Shown here piece after piece: positions 42,294 through 53,700 of a DNA stretch of 64,000 nt. Source of the DNA: Candidatus Poribacteria bacterium (GTDB lineage Bacteria; Poribacteria; WGA-4E; WGA-3G); assembly GCA_963664215.1 (NCBI GenBank), contig OY761015.1. One strand, 5' to 3'. The first letter of the stretch is position 1. The number at the start of each line of letters is the position of its first letter. The position numbers and the translations under genes are program-made. The notes beneath the pieces are model-generated. The model was given only the letters and a program-made list of their open reading frames with translations, was not told the DNA's origin and searched no databases.

Positions 42294-43102
42294 CGGAGAT
42301 CCCCCTTTTTTTCATCCACGGGTTCGGAGTGAAGCAGTTGGGTCATGCGATCGGTGTCTTGGTATTCTTCATACAACGAGAGATACTCGCGAACGAGGCG
42401 ATCCGAGAAGTGGGTGATCAGGCGTATCTGTGCACTCGGAAACCCTTGATGATGCAGCGTGGCGACCTGTGTGAAGTCTCTGAGGTAGCGGTAGATGGCG
42501 CGTTCGGAGTGGTTGGTCTTTTGCTCGATTTCGCTGAAGGTATAGTCCTTGAAATACAACTCGAGAATCTGCGTCTTATGAGACAGTCCTGGACCCATGT
42601 CGTGCTTGGCGCCGCGCGTCATGACGAAATAGCCGTCGTGTTTCAAGGCGCGGATGTCGCGTTTGACGCTGGCAGGACTCGTGGTTAATAAGATCGCTAA
42701 ATCTTCATAACTCAGCAAGGCGTCTTGGTCATAAGCTTCTTTGGTGAGTCGGAGGATCCGATGGCGTCTGAGACCTGCCAGACCATAAGTCGCTAAGACT
42801 TCCAAATCATCTTCGACGGCATTGAGCGTCAGTCGACAGGAGACTTTTTTCGCTAAGGCGATATGTTTGCCTGCGGGTTCTTCAGCAGCGACCGCCTCAT
42901 AGCAGATTTGTCCTGAGGTGAGTTGAACGTCGGCGTGTTGAGCAAAGTAGGTAGAAATCTGTTTATAGTAGGCTTCGGCCACTATAGGCATAAGATTGAA
43001 GTCTGCTGAAATCTTCTGAATAATCGCCGCCCTAGCATTCTTGGATTCGAGTCGGTTGATACCGTAAGCGGCATCCTTCTGGCGTGTCATATTGACCTCC
43101 AT
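42290..43102 (-). CDS. Element ORF A (DUF1670-like), intact
   Basis: AYDQDALLSYEDLAILL, TRGAKHDMGPGLSHK, HSERAIYRY; ATGA overlap with ORF B. Confidence 0.8.
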   Translation of the reverse strand: MEVNMTRQKDAAYGINRLESKNARAAIIQKISADFNLMPIVAEAYYKQISTYFAQHADVQLTSGQICYEAVAAEEPAGKHIALAKKVSCRLTLNAVEDDLEVLATYGLAGLRRHRILRLTKEAYDQDALLSYEDLAILLTTSPASVKRDIRALKHDGYFVMTRGAKHDMGPGLSHKTQILELYFKDYTFSEIEQKTNHSERAIYRYLRDFTQVATLHHQGFPSAQIRLITHFSDRLVREYLSLYEEYQDTDRMTQLLHSEPVDEKKGDLR

Positions 43103-43225
43103 GAAGGGAGTCTCGGTGATGAAAATACATCTACCTGTTAGATGAACTCATACTATGAGTATAACTCATGGGGTCATATGATACAAACCTTAAATAGAAA
43201 GACATTGATACAGTAACAAAAAAGT

Positions 43226-43263
43226 AGGGTGGAAGTTAGAGGGTTTCCACCCTTTCTATTTTT
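43226..43263 (+). terminator. Intrinsic terminator, probably the displaced terminator of paralog 3
   Basis: AGGGTGGAA...TTCCACCCT stem plus T-rich tail, about 30 nt after the right-junction AAATAG. Confidence 0.65.
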
Positions 43264-43332
43264 AACAGCTCGTTTGAGAGGTATGAATGCTATTTCTTCT
43301 GCATTAAAAATGGCGGCTTGCGTTAAATTTAG

Positions 43333-43373
43333 TGCAGACTTTCGATAAAAAATTGTGTCTTTAACGATAGAGG
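43333..43373 (+). promoter_or_regulatory. Candidate ECF-type promoter, copy 2
   Basis: Matches 18436-18477. Confidence 0.5.
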
Positions 43374-43551
43374 AAGGGAAATTCCCACATTAAATGGTGC
43401 AATCTTTGAATTCTACGTGCTACAATTGCGAGGGCGACACATACACAACACCTGCCGACAGTTCTTGGCAACACGATCCTTCTAAATGAAATCGCCAGAA
43501 AACGGAACGTTCACGACTGCGAAACCCGTTCATGAATCATGGAGAACCTTG

Positions 43552-46467
43552 ATGGAAAGAGAAAACGATGTTCAATTGATACAGAGAATTTTATCAGGAG
43601 ATGATGGAGCGTTTAGCATCTTGGTCGAAAAGTACCAAAAAAGTGTTCATGCGCTTGTATGGCGGAAGATCGGCGATTTTCATTATGCGGAAGATATTAC
43701 GCAAGACACCTTCCTCCAAGTCTATAAAAAACTCCCGACGCTCAAAGATCCCTATCAATTTGCCGGATGGCTTTATGTCATCGCGAATCGGCGTTGCCTG
43801 AATTGGCTGCGAAAGCAAAAATCTGCGATCCAATCGCTGGAGGATACACGCGTGGATGAAGTCGAAAAACTCTCCTATACCCACTATTTGTCGGAGCACC
43901 GCGAGGCAGTAGCCGAGGAACGCCGGCGTGAAACCGTAAAAAAACTTCTGGAAAAACTACCGGAGAGTGAACGGACCGTCATGACGCTTTTCTATCTCGG
44001 CGAAATGACAATGAAAGAGATTAGTAAGTTCTTGGGCGTCTCCGTAAAGACGATCAGTAGTCGGCTCAGTCGGGCACGCAAACGTTTACGAGAGAAAGAG
44101 GAAGCCTTGGTTCAAGAAGTTCTCGGCGGTGTGCAGATATCGGCGAATTTAACCCAGAACATCATGCAGCAAGTCGCCGACTTGAAACTGACCCCACCCT
44201 CGGCTACGAAACCGTTGCTCCCCTGGGCGGCTTTTGGGGCGGCTGTGGTTGTGATTCTATTTTTGATCGGATTCAGCAATCAACACCTCGCTCGTTTTCA
44301 GAGACCCTATAGTTTCGAGGCGGAATCTGAACCGACCATTGAGATCGTGGACGTGCCGATTGTCTTAGAGACCGACGCGAAACCGGCACTGCGCAATCAA
44401 ATTGGACGTGCTTTTCCTGTTGCCGATAATACCCGCAGGAACGGCTTACAGGTTTCTGAAAGCGTTTCAACGTCCAATGCACCTGTGCACCCAGAGGATA
44501 CGCAGACGCACTGGATGCCCGATCCCGCATTGCGTGCGGCGATTCGCGAGGAACTCGGGCTGCCTGAAACGGTACCGTTGACGAAGGAGGATATACAAGA
44601 ACTGGAGCGTCTCAACGCTGAGGGGAGAGGTATTGCTGATATAACGGGTTTAGAATTCGCCCAAAATTTAGTGGGTTTACATTTAGGAAATGAGGGGAAT
44701 TATGTTGTCGACTTAAGTCCTCTCGCTATGCTCACATCTCTGAGGAATCTCAATGTAGGCGGTAACCAAGTCGCAAATCTGAGACCGCTTGTGAACCTAA
44801 CGAATCTAACCGGGTTAAGTCTCTGGAATAATCAGGTGACCGATGTATCTCCCCTGAAATCATTGACTTCTCTGACCTACCTGAATTTGGCTGACAATCG
44901 TGTCGGCGATCTAAGTCCGCTTGCGAATCTGAGAAGTTTAGAAGTCTTAGACCTTTTTGACAACGAAGTTGAAAACGTTGTTCCGCTCGCAAATTTGGGA
45001 AACCTAAACGAGCTAATTCTCACGGAGAATCGTGTTGGAAACTTAGGGCCACTAACGGGACTGACGGAACTGCGGATATTGTTGCTCAAAGAGAATCCGA
45101 TAAAAGATTTCACACCGCTGTCAGGATTGAATCTCACGGACCTGAAATACGATGCTGTATCGGAGCCGGCACGGCAAACACGGTCCTCCGAAGCATGGAT
45201 GCCCGACCCCGCGTTGCGTGCGGCGATTCGCGGTGAAGTCGGACTGCTACCGGATGTCCCCTTGACCAAGGAAAGGATGCTGAGATTGACCTATCTCAAG
45301 GCACATGACAAAGGCATCTCTGACATCACAGGATTGGAGTTCGCAACGAATCTGAGGGTGCTACATTTGCGTCAGAATCCGATAACAGATTTACGTCCAC
45401 TCTCGAATTTGACACAACTCGTGGAATTTCATTTCTGGCACGTTCCTGTCCGTCCGACAGATCTGGATCTGCGTCCATTGGCGACGCTCATTAACTTAGA
45501 GATGCTGTCCTTGGAGGGAAACTGGATTTCGGATATCCGTCCGCTGGCGGGGTTGAAGAGACTGCGCCGCTTGCATCTCTCCAATAATCAAATTGAGGAT
45601 GTGAGTCCACTTGCGGGGCTGACGGGACTGTGGGAACTGTTCCTTGAAAGGAATCCAATAAGGGATTTGACACCCCTCTCTGGATTGAATCTTACGGACC
45701 TCAACATTTCTAACAATCCGATAAAGGTTTCGGATATAAGTCCACTGGCGGCGTTGAAGGAACTTCGAACCTTGGATCTTTTAAATAGTGGCATTTCCGA
45801 CATTCGACCGCTATCCGGACTGACGGAACTACGGACATTGTTGCTCAAAGGGAATCCGGTAAAAGATTTCACACCGCTCACTGGATTGAACCTGACAAAC
45901 CTGAAATACGATGTTATCGGGCAGACACCAGAACAAACGGATCTCGCTGCGGCATGGATGCCCGATCCAGCATTACGGACCGCCGTTCGGGGTGAAATCG
46001 GGTTGCTACCTGATGTCCCCTTGACAAAAGAGAGGATGCAAGCGGTCGGCGACATCAATGTTGCAGGTAAGGGAATTTCTGACATCACAGGTTTAGAGTT
46101 TGCGACGAATCTTGGGGAACTCGACCTTAGGGACAATCCGATAACGGACCTCCGTCCACTTGCTAACTTGACGACGCTTCAAGATTTATATCTCTCAGGT
46201 ATCTTTCCAAACACACCAACCCTTGACCTGCGTCCGTTAGCGAATCTCATCAATTTAGAGGAACTCACTCTGGAGAATAGCAAGGTTTCGGATATAAGCC
46301 CATTGGCGAGGTTGAAAAAACTTCGGATCTTGAATCTGTCACATAACGACATTTCCGACCTGCGTCCCTTAAGGGGTTTGAGGGAACTGCGGGAATTACG
46401 GATCCGGGGGAACCCGATAAAGGATTTGACACCCCTCTCTAAATTGAACCTTATACACCCGAAATAG
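43552..46467 (+). CDS. ECF sigma factor-TM fusion with three tandem LRR blocks
   Basis: Sigma regions 2 and 4, TM, three WMPDPALR caps each followed by LRRs; probable start ATG at 43552. Confidence 0.87.
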   Translation: MERENDVQLIQRILSGDDGAFSILVEKYQKSVHALVWRKIGDFHYAEDITQDTFLQVYKKLPTLKDPYQFAGWLYVIANRRCLNWLRKQKSAIQSLEDTRVDEVEKLSYTHYLSEHREAVAEERRRETVKKLLEKLPESERTVMTLFYLGEMTMKEISKFLGVSVKTISSRLSRARKRLREKEEALVQEVLGGVQISANLTQNIMQQVADLKLTPPSATKPLLPWAAFGAAVVVILFLIGFSNQHLARFQRPYSFEAESEPTIEIVDVPIVLETDAKPALRNQIGRAFPVADNTRRNGLQVSESVSTSNAPVHPEDTQTHWMPDPALRAAIREELGLPETVPLTKEDIQELERLNAEGRGIADITGLEFAQNLVGLHLGNEGNYVVDLSPLAMLTSLRNLNVGGNQVANLRPLVNLTNLTGLSLWNNQVTDVSPLKSLTSLTYLNLADNRVGDLSPLANLRSLEVLDLFDNEVENVVPLANLGNLNELILTENRVGNLGPLTGLTELRILLLKENPIKDFTPLSGLNLTDLKYDAVSEPARQTRSSEAWMPDPALRAAIRGEVGLLPDVPLTKERMLRLTYLKAHDKGISDITGLEFATNLRVLHLRQNPITDLRPLSNLTQLVEFHFWHVPVRPTDLDLRPLATLINLEMLSLEGNWISDIRPLAGLKRLRRLHLSNNQIEDVSPLAGLTGLWELFLERNPIRDLTPLSGLNLTDLNISNNPIKVSDISPLAALKELRTLDLLNSGISDIRPLSGLTELRTLLLKGNPVKDFTPLTGLNLTNLKYDVIGQTPEQTDLAAAWMPDPALRTAVRGEIGLLPDVPLTKERMQAVGDINVAGKGISDITGLEFATNLGELDLRDNPITDLRPLANLTTLQDLYLSGIFPNTPTLDLRPLANLINLEELTLENSKVSDISPLARLKKLRILNLSHNDISDLRPLRGLRELRELRIRGNPIKDLTPLSKLNLIHPK

Positions 46468-46572
46468 GATGAGGTGCGCGGGAGGCACCACTCGGACCGA
46501 CCGCCCTCAATTGCATTCAGGGCAGGGGTTGCTGTTGAATCGCGCTTCGCGAGAAATTCTTGATGAAAGGAA

Positions 46573-49500
46573 TTGACTATGAAACTGAAAAAAAAATACA
46601 TCTTTCCAATTGTCTTAGCACTGATTATTTTAGTCCCCAAAAGTACTGACGCCCAAGAGAATCTCGCCCAACAGACGTATGCGATTTTTGAACAAAATTG
46701 CCTCAACTGCCATGGAGAACACGGGGCATTTACTGAAAATATCATCATTGAGCACACAGCACTCATCGAAACGGGGGCGGTTGTCCCAGGGAAGCCTATT
46801 GAATCTGAACTCTATAAGCGGCTCCTCATAGACGATGAAACCAAACGAATGCCATTGGGTCAACCGAAACTTCCTCCCGCCGCAATTCTGACCATCGGCA
46901 ACTGGATTCAAGCGGGTGCCCCCGATTGGCAGATGCCAGAACAAGATACCGACTTTATTACACCCACGGAAATGCTTGAAACGATTGAGAAACACGTCAA
47001 CTCACTGGCACCCTTCGACCGCGCCTTCACACGCTATTTTACGATGACGCATCTCTATAACGCTGGTGAGAGTGCGGAAGCACTGCATGCCTATCAACGG
47101 GCACTCTCGAAACTCGTGAACAGTCTCTCTTGGGGACGCGAGGTCATCAAACCACAACCCATCGATCTCCAAGAAACGATCTTCTATATCGATCTCCGAG
47201 ACTACGAATGGGAGATTGGGGTCAACCGATGGACGCTGGTTGAACAGGTGTATCCGTATCGTATTGAGTTCGATGCACCGACACAGACAGGTCTACGTGA
47301 AAAACTAACGGGTCTTCGCGAACAGATGGAGTGTGAGGTGCCGTTCGTTCATGTGGATTGGTTTCTTGCGACCGCCTCACTGCCACCGCTTTACCACGAC
47401 ATTCTGGATCTGCCAGAAACCGATCGGGAGTTAGAGACACGCCTTGAGGTGAATGTCGTCGAAAATATTCGCAACGCCGCGGGCAGACGCGTCTGGCGTG
47501 CGGGTTTCAATAATTCAGGTGTATCGAGTCACAACCGCGTCGTTGAACGCCATATCTCCCGGTATGGGGCGTATTGGAAGAGTTACGACTTCGCTGGGAG
47601 TGTAGAGTCGCAGAATATCTTTACACATCCGCTCTCTTTCACACACGACGGTGGCGAAAACATTTTCAACCTTCCTAACGGTTTGCAGGCATACTATCTC
47701 GCGGATGCCGGCGGCAATCGACTTGATGCGGCACCGATAAAGATTGTCCGAAACCCCGCTGCGAGCGATCCAACCGTCCGTAATGGTCTTTCCTGTATCG
47801 GTTGTCACACGGAGGGGATGAAGGCGTTTGAGGATCAGGTGCGTGGTGTTGTTGAAGGGAATGCGAATCCACCCTTTAACAAAGATCGGGCGTTACGACT
47901 CTATGTAGAGAAGGCAGAGATGGACGCGTTCTTAGAAGAGGATACCGCTCGTTACCGGCAGGCACTCGAAAAAACAGGTGATGTCTTCGGTGGCATTGAG
48001 CCTGTTCAACGATTCTACGAGGCGTTTCAAAGACCACTTGATGTGCCGCATGCGGCTGCCGCAGTGGGGTTAGAAACGGTGGACCTCCTCCAAAAGGTTC
48101 GCGAGAATGCGAGTCTGAAAAACTTGGGATTGGGAGTGCTAACAGGAGCGAGTGGTAGTGTAAAAAGGGATACGTGGACATCGAATTTCAGTGAAATCGT
48201 TACCGTGCTGAGTTTTCCTGACAGCAATATCGTTAAGCCGGTTGTTCCGAGGACGGAACGCATCCCTGGGGAGTCCGTTCACATCCCTGACGCAAACCTT
48301 CGCGCTGCAATCGCAGAAACACTCGGCAAAACACCTGGGACTGCGATTACAGCGGAGGACATGGCAACGTTGATGTACCTTGATACGCATGAAATGGATA
48401 TTCAGAGTTTAGAGGGACTTCAGTTTGCAACAAATCTGGAAGAACTCGGGCTTCACGACAGTCCGATATCCGATCTGTCCCCTCTATCCGGATTAGTGAC
48501 CCTGAAAGAGATAAGACTTTCCGGTAAATCCTTCTCAGATTTGTCACCTCTGGCAGGGTTAATCAACTTAGAGGGTGTAGGATTCTGGAAGACCTCCGTA
48601 GCAGATCTCTCGCCACTCTCAGGATTAACGAAACTCAGATGGTTAGAATTTGGGAACAGTCGCGTCTCTGATTTATCGCCATTGGCGGGACTCACAAGTT
48701 TGAAAAGATTGGAAATTTACGCTGGCAAGGATCTTGATCTCTTGCCATTAAAAGAATTAACGAATTTAGTAAAGTTAAAGGCTAACAGCAGTGGCGTATT
48801 AGATGTCTCACCCCTATCGGGATTGATTAATTTGGAAAGCCTCGATTTAGAGGCGGGTCGTATATCGGACATCTCGCCTTTGGCATCTTTGAAAAACCTT
48901 AAAGAGTTAAAGCTACAGAGGAACAGGATATCGGACGTATCACCGCTTGCCGGTTTGCACAACTTGGAAAAGCTGCAACTTCATTGGAACAAGATATCCG
49001 ACTTCTCACCTTTGGATGGGTTACGCGAGAATACAAAAATCTCTTGGTTCGGCAATCCAGGGTTCCCTCAGGGTGGTCCCAAGATAGAAGGACCTTGGTT
49101 ATGGGTGTTGGTGCCGGGAACGGGCTTTTGGGATGGCGTGGATTTGCTTTCGCAAGCGAGTGACGGGGCTGTGACAGAGTTAGGGATCGCAACAAGGGGG
49201 GCGACAGAGGAAACTCCTGTCGGAGAAAACGTGTGGACATCACACAAAATTGCACCCGCGGGGGAAGATAATATCGGCACTATGCTAACTGCTATGGGTA
49301 TGAAGGAAAATGATGATACAAAGAATGTTATTTATGGTTCCCTCACCTTATATTCGCCGCGTGAACAGCAAACACAACTGTTTGCAGGAAGCTATATTGT
49401 CCACAAGGTCTGGCTCAATGGAGAGTTCGTTCACGAGAACCTTAATTGGTGGGTGTGGGCGCGTGAGTATCAAGATTATGCGCCTGTCACGTTGAAACGA

Positions 49501-50646
49501 GGAACAAATGTATTATTGGTTGCCGTCCACAACTCCGGTGGGGAATTTAATGGCTATTTTGGGTTTGAACCCGGCACAGAATATACGGTGGTATCCCCCG
49601 GGACTGGTTTCGCATTGTCGGCGGATACCACACGTGTTCGCGTCGGGGACACTTTTACCGTCCACGTCAACGCTGAAAAGGTTGCGGATTTAGCAGGATG
49701 GCAGTTTGATCTCACATTTGATTCTGATGTGCTTGAAGCGGTTGAAGTCAACGAGGGGAGTTTTCTGAAAAGAGGCGGTGGAACGACTTTCTTTCAGAAA
49801 GGCGCAGTTGATAACGCCATAGGTAAAATCACGGGGGTCAGTTCGGCACTAATCTCCAAAAACGGGGTCACCGGTGCCGGTAACCTCTTATCAGTGGTGT
49901 TCTCTGCAAAGGCAGAAGGGAACAGCCAAATGGCATTGCGCAACTTCCAACTCGGTTCTAATACGGGTGATATTATTCCTGCTGGCATGCGTGATCTTAC
50001 CATCACAGTGGGATCCCAACCGCTTTGGGATGTGAATGCGGATGGACAGGTCAGTATTTTGGATCTGATTCTTGTGGCACAGCACATGGGAGCCGCTGCG
50101 TCTGCTAACGCTAAAGTTGACGTAAACCGCGACGGAGTCGTCAGCATCTTAGACTTAATTCTTGTTGCACAGCACATGGGTGAATCAACGGGTCCAGCGT
50201 CGCCTTCGATTCTTGCTATGGATAGTATAGCCGGGTTGGATCCTGCGCTGATACAGGCCTGGATAGAGCGTGCGCGAGTTGAAGATGACGGTTCTCTCGC
50301 CTTCCGAGAGGGTATCGCTTACCTTCAGAGTCTTTTAGCCTTGCTAATTCCAGAGGAGACGGCGTTGCTGCCTAACTATCCGAATCCATTCAATCCGGAG
50401 ACGTGGATACCGTATCAGGTGTCAGAGCCTGCAGAAGTCACGTTGCGTATCTATTCTGTAAATGGGGTATTGGTTCGGACGTTGGCGTTGGGACAAACGC
50501 CTGCGGGTATCTATCAGAGCCGGAGTCGTGCGGCGTATTGGGATGGCAGAAATGACGTAGGTGAGTCCGTAGCGAGTGGAATCTATTTCTACACGTTCAC
50601 AGCGGGTGATTTCACAGCAACCCGCAAAATGTTGATACGGAAGTAA
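46573..50646 (+). CDS. Secreted cytochrome c/LRR/cohesin/dockerin/FlgD-type protein, paralog 4 (no element inserted)
   Basis: Same architecture; ends CGG AAG TAA. Confidence 0.9.
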   Translation: MTMKLKKKYIFPIVLALIILVPKSTDAQENLAQQTYAIFEQNCLNCHGEHGAFTENIIIEHTALIETGAVVPGKPIESELYKRLLIDDETKRMPLGQPKLPPAAILTIGNWIQAGAPDWQMPEQDTDFITPTEMLETIEKHVNSLAPFDRAFTRYFTMTHLYNAGESAEALHAYQRALSKLVNSLSWGREVIKPQPIDLQETIFYIDLRDYEWEIGVNRWTLVEQVYPYRIEFDAPTQTGLREKLTGLREQMECEVPFVHVDWFLATASLPPLYHDILDLPETDRELETRLEVNVVENIRNAAGRRVWRAGFNNSGVSSHNRVVERHISRYGAYWKSYDFAGSVESQNIFTHPLSFTHDGGENIFNLPNGLQAYYLADAGGNRLDAAPIKIVRNPAASDPTVRNGLSCIGCHTEGMKAFEDQVRGVVEGNANPPFNKDRALRLYVEKAEMDAFLEEDTARYRQALEKTGDVFGGIEPVQRFYEAFQRPLDVPHAAAAVGLETVDLLQKVRENASLKNLGLGVLTGASGSVKRDTWTSNFSEIVTVLSFPDSNIVKPVVPRTERIPGESVHIPDANLRAAIAETLGKTPGTAITAEDMATLMYLDTHEMDIQSLEGLQFATNLEELGLHDSPISDLSPLSGLVTLKEIRLSGKSFSDLSPLAGLINLEGVGFWKTSVADLSPLSGLTKLRWLEFGNSRVSDLSPLAGLTSLKRLEIYAGKDLDLLPLKELTNLVKLKANSSGVLDVSPLSGLINLESLDLEAGRISDISPLASLKNLKELKLQRNRISDVSPLAGLHNLEKLQLHWNKISDFSPLDGLRENTKISWFGNPGFPQGGPKIEGPWLWVLVPGTGFWDGVDLLSQASDGAVTELGIATRGATEETPVGENVWTSHKIAPAGEDNIGTMLTAMGMKENDDTKNVIYGSLTLYSPREQQTQLFAGSYIVHKVWLNGEFVHENLNWWVWAREYQDYAPVTLKRGTNVLLVAVHNSGGEFNGYFGFEPGTEYTVVSPGTGFALSADTTRVRVGDTFTVHVNAEKVADLAGWQFDLTFDSDVLEAVEVNEGSFLKRGGGTTFFQKGAVDNAIGKITGVSSALISKNGVTGAGNLLSVVFSAKAEGNSQMALRNFQLGSNTGDIIPAGMRDLTITVGSQPLWDVNADGQVSILDLILVAQHMGAAASANAKVDVNRDGVVSILDLILVAQHMGESTGPASPSILAMDSIAGLDPALIQAWIERARVEDDGSLAFREGIAYLQSLLALLIPEETALLPNYPNPFNPETWIPYQVSEPAEVTLRIYSVNGVLVRTLALGQTPAGIYQSRSRAAYWDGRNDVGESVASGIYFYTFTAGDFTATRKMLIRK

Positions 50647-50725
50647 AGTTCAGAGAGGTTTACACCCTCACCAAAGTACAACGGCGGATTCCGTTTTGGA
50701 CGACATGATGTGAAGGAGAGGACAC

Positions 50726-53700
50726 GTGAACGATCAGAAAATTTTCATTGCCTTTATTTGCTTATTGATGCTTCTCTTGGGTTATCAAAACGTTGATGCC
50801 CAAGGAAATCTCGCGCAGCAAGCGTATGCGATTTTTGAACAAAGTTGTCTGAACTGCCATGGAGAACACGGGGCATTTACTGAAAATATCATCATTGAAC
50901 ACGCGGCGCTCATCGAAACGGGGGCGGTTGTCCCGGGGAAGCCTATTGAATCCGAACTCTATAAGCGGCTCCTCATAGACGATGAAACCAAACGAATGCC
51001 ACTGGGTCAACCGCGACTGCCTCCCGCCGCAATTCTGACCATCGGCAACTGGATTCAAGCGGGTGCACCGGATTGGACGGACACCTCCGAAGCGGATGGT
51101 CCCTTCATCACTCCGACGAAAATGCTTGAAACGATTGAGAAACACGTCAACGCATTGGCATCCTTCGACCGCGCCTTCGCCCGCTATTTTACGATGACGC
51201 ATCTCTATAACGCTGGTGAGAGTGCGGAGGCACTCCACGCCTATCGACGGGCACTCTCGAAACTCGTGAATAGTCTCTCTTGGGGGCGCGAGGTCATCAA
51301 ACCGCAACCCATTGATCTCCAAGAAACAATCTTCTATATCGATCTCCGGGACTACGAATGGGAGATCGGAACTAACCGATGGACCCAGATTGAGCAGGTA
51401 TATCCCTACAAGATTGGGTTTGAGGCTCCAACACAGACGCATCTGCGTGAAAAACTGCAAACTTTACGCCAAGAAATGAACTGTGAAGTGCCGTTTGTTC
51501 ATGTGGATTGGTTTCTTGCGACTGCCTCCTTACCACCTCTCTACCACGACATTCTGGATCTGCCAAAAACCGACCGGGAGTTAGAGACACGCCTTGAGGT
51601 GAATGTCGTCGAAAATATTCGCAATGCCGCGGGCAGACGCGTCTGGCGTGCAGGGTTCAACGATTCCGGTGTTTCAAACCATAACCGTGTTGTCGAACGG
51701 CACACCTCTCGGTATGGGGCGTACTGGAAAAGTTACGACTTTGCTGGCAGTGTGGGGACGCAGAATATCTTTACGCATCCGTTGTCTTTCACACATGATG
51801 GCGGTGAGATTATCTTCAATTTACCCAATGGATTGCAGGCGTACTATTTGGTGGATGCTGGTGGCAACCGACTTGATGCGGCACCGATAAAAATTGTTTC
51901 AAATCCCGCTGCGAGTGATCCAACTGTCCGCAATGGACTCTCCTGCATCGGATGTCACACGGAGGGGATGAAGGTGTTTGAAGATGAGGTGCGGGGTGTT
52001 GTTGAACAGAATGCGAATCCCCCGTTCAATAAAGCGCGTGCGTTGCGGCTCTATACGGAGCAAGCGACGATGGAAACACTTGTAAATGAAGATACGGATC
52101 GTTATAGACGGGCACTTGAAGCGGCAGGCGATGTCTTCGGGGGCATTGAACCGGTTCAGCGATTCCACGAGGCGTTCCAAGGTCCCATAGATGCGGCACA
52201 TGCCGCAGCAGCGGTAGGTTTGGAAACAGCGGACTTTCTGGGAAAAATTCGCGAGAATGCAAGTCTGAGAAACTTAGGTTTAGGGGTGTTGACGGGTAAG
52301 AGCGGCAGCGTGAAGAGGGATACGTGGACATCGAATTTCAGTGGAGTCGTTACGACGCTGGGTTCTCCTGACAGCAGGGCAATTAAGCCGATTGTTCCCC
52401 AGACGGAACGTATTCCAGGGGCTTCTGTTTATATTCCCGACGCGAACCTTCGCGAGGTAATTGAAGATGCACTTGACAAGACACCGGGTGATGTAATAAC
52501 AGCGGAAGACATGAAGACCTTGGTGGACCTTAGGGGAGTGGGGCGAGGGATTCGTGATTTGACAGGACTGGAAACCGCAACAGATCTGGAGGAGTTGTAT
52601 CTTCAGAACAACCCGATCTCCGACATATCACCGCTTGCGGGCTTAGTTAAACTCAAGGAAATAAATCTGAGGAATAGTTCTCTTTCCGATTTATCTCCGC
52701 TCTCGGAACTGATACTGCTGAAAGAGGTGCGGTTTTCGGGCGAGTCGATAGTCGATCTGTCGCCCCTCGCAGGTTTAACTAACTTAGAGGGTGTAGGGGC
52801 TTGGAGCACCTCCATATCAGATGCTTCGCCGCTCTCAGGATTAACAAAACTCAGGTGGTTAGAGTTACAAGGATCCCCAATATCAGATTTCTCACCATTC
52901 TCAGGACTCACAAATTTGAGAAGATTGGAAATGTATGCCGCCAAGACATCTGATCTTTCACCTTTAAAAGGATTGACGAGTTTGAAAATTCTGTCAATTG
53001 GTAACAGCCAAATATCAGACGTTTTCCCACTCGCAGGACTGATTAATTTGGAAGGACTCGGACTGTTCGCGAATCGGCATATATCAGACATCTCGCCGCT
53101 TGCCTCTTTGAAGAACCTCAAAGTGTTAGACCTAACTACCAACCAGATATCGGATGTATCACCGCTTGCAGGTTTGCGAAACTTGGAAGAGGTGCACCTT
53201 CAGCGGAACAACATAACAGATATCTCGCCTTTGGATGGGTTACATGAGAATATACAACTCGCTTGGTACAGCAACCCGGGTTTCCCTCAGGGCGGTCCGA
53301 AAATAAAGGGACCTTGGTTATGGATGTTTGTACCAGGCGTCGGTTTTCATGAGAAAATGGATTATCTTTCACATGCAAGTGAGGGTACTGTAACAGAATC
53401 GGAGGTTGCTACCTATGGAGCAATAGAGGGAAGTCTAGTCGGAGAACACGTGTGGACTTCACACAAAATTGCCTCCGCCTCTGCGGATAGACCTGACATC
53501 AACGTAACGCTCAGTGATATTGGTATATCGAAAGATCATAGAAGAGATGATGTCGTCTACGGTTCCCTGATCTTGAATTCACCGCGTGAACAGAAGACAA
53601 CGATGTTTGCTGGAAGTAATCATAACCACAAGGTCTGGCTCAATGGGGAGTTCGTTCACGAAAACCTGATTGGCTGGGCAGCAGATTATCAAGATTACTT

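Larger units (their letters stand above)
41291..43193 (-). mobile_element. Two-gene DUF1670-like element, copy 2
   Basis: GTGTCATATGACCC (41296-41309) / GGGTCATATGATAC (43171-43184); AAATAG at both junctions. Confidence 0.88.
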
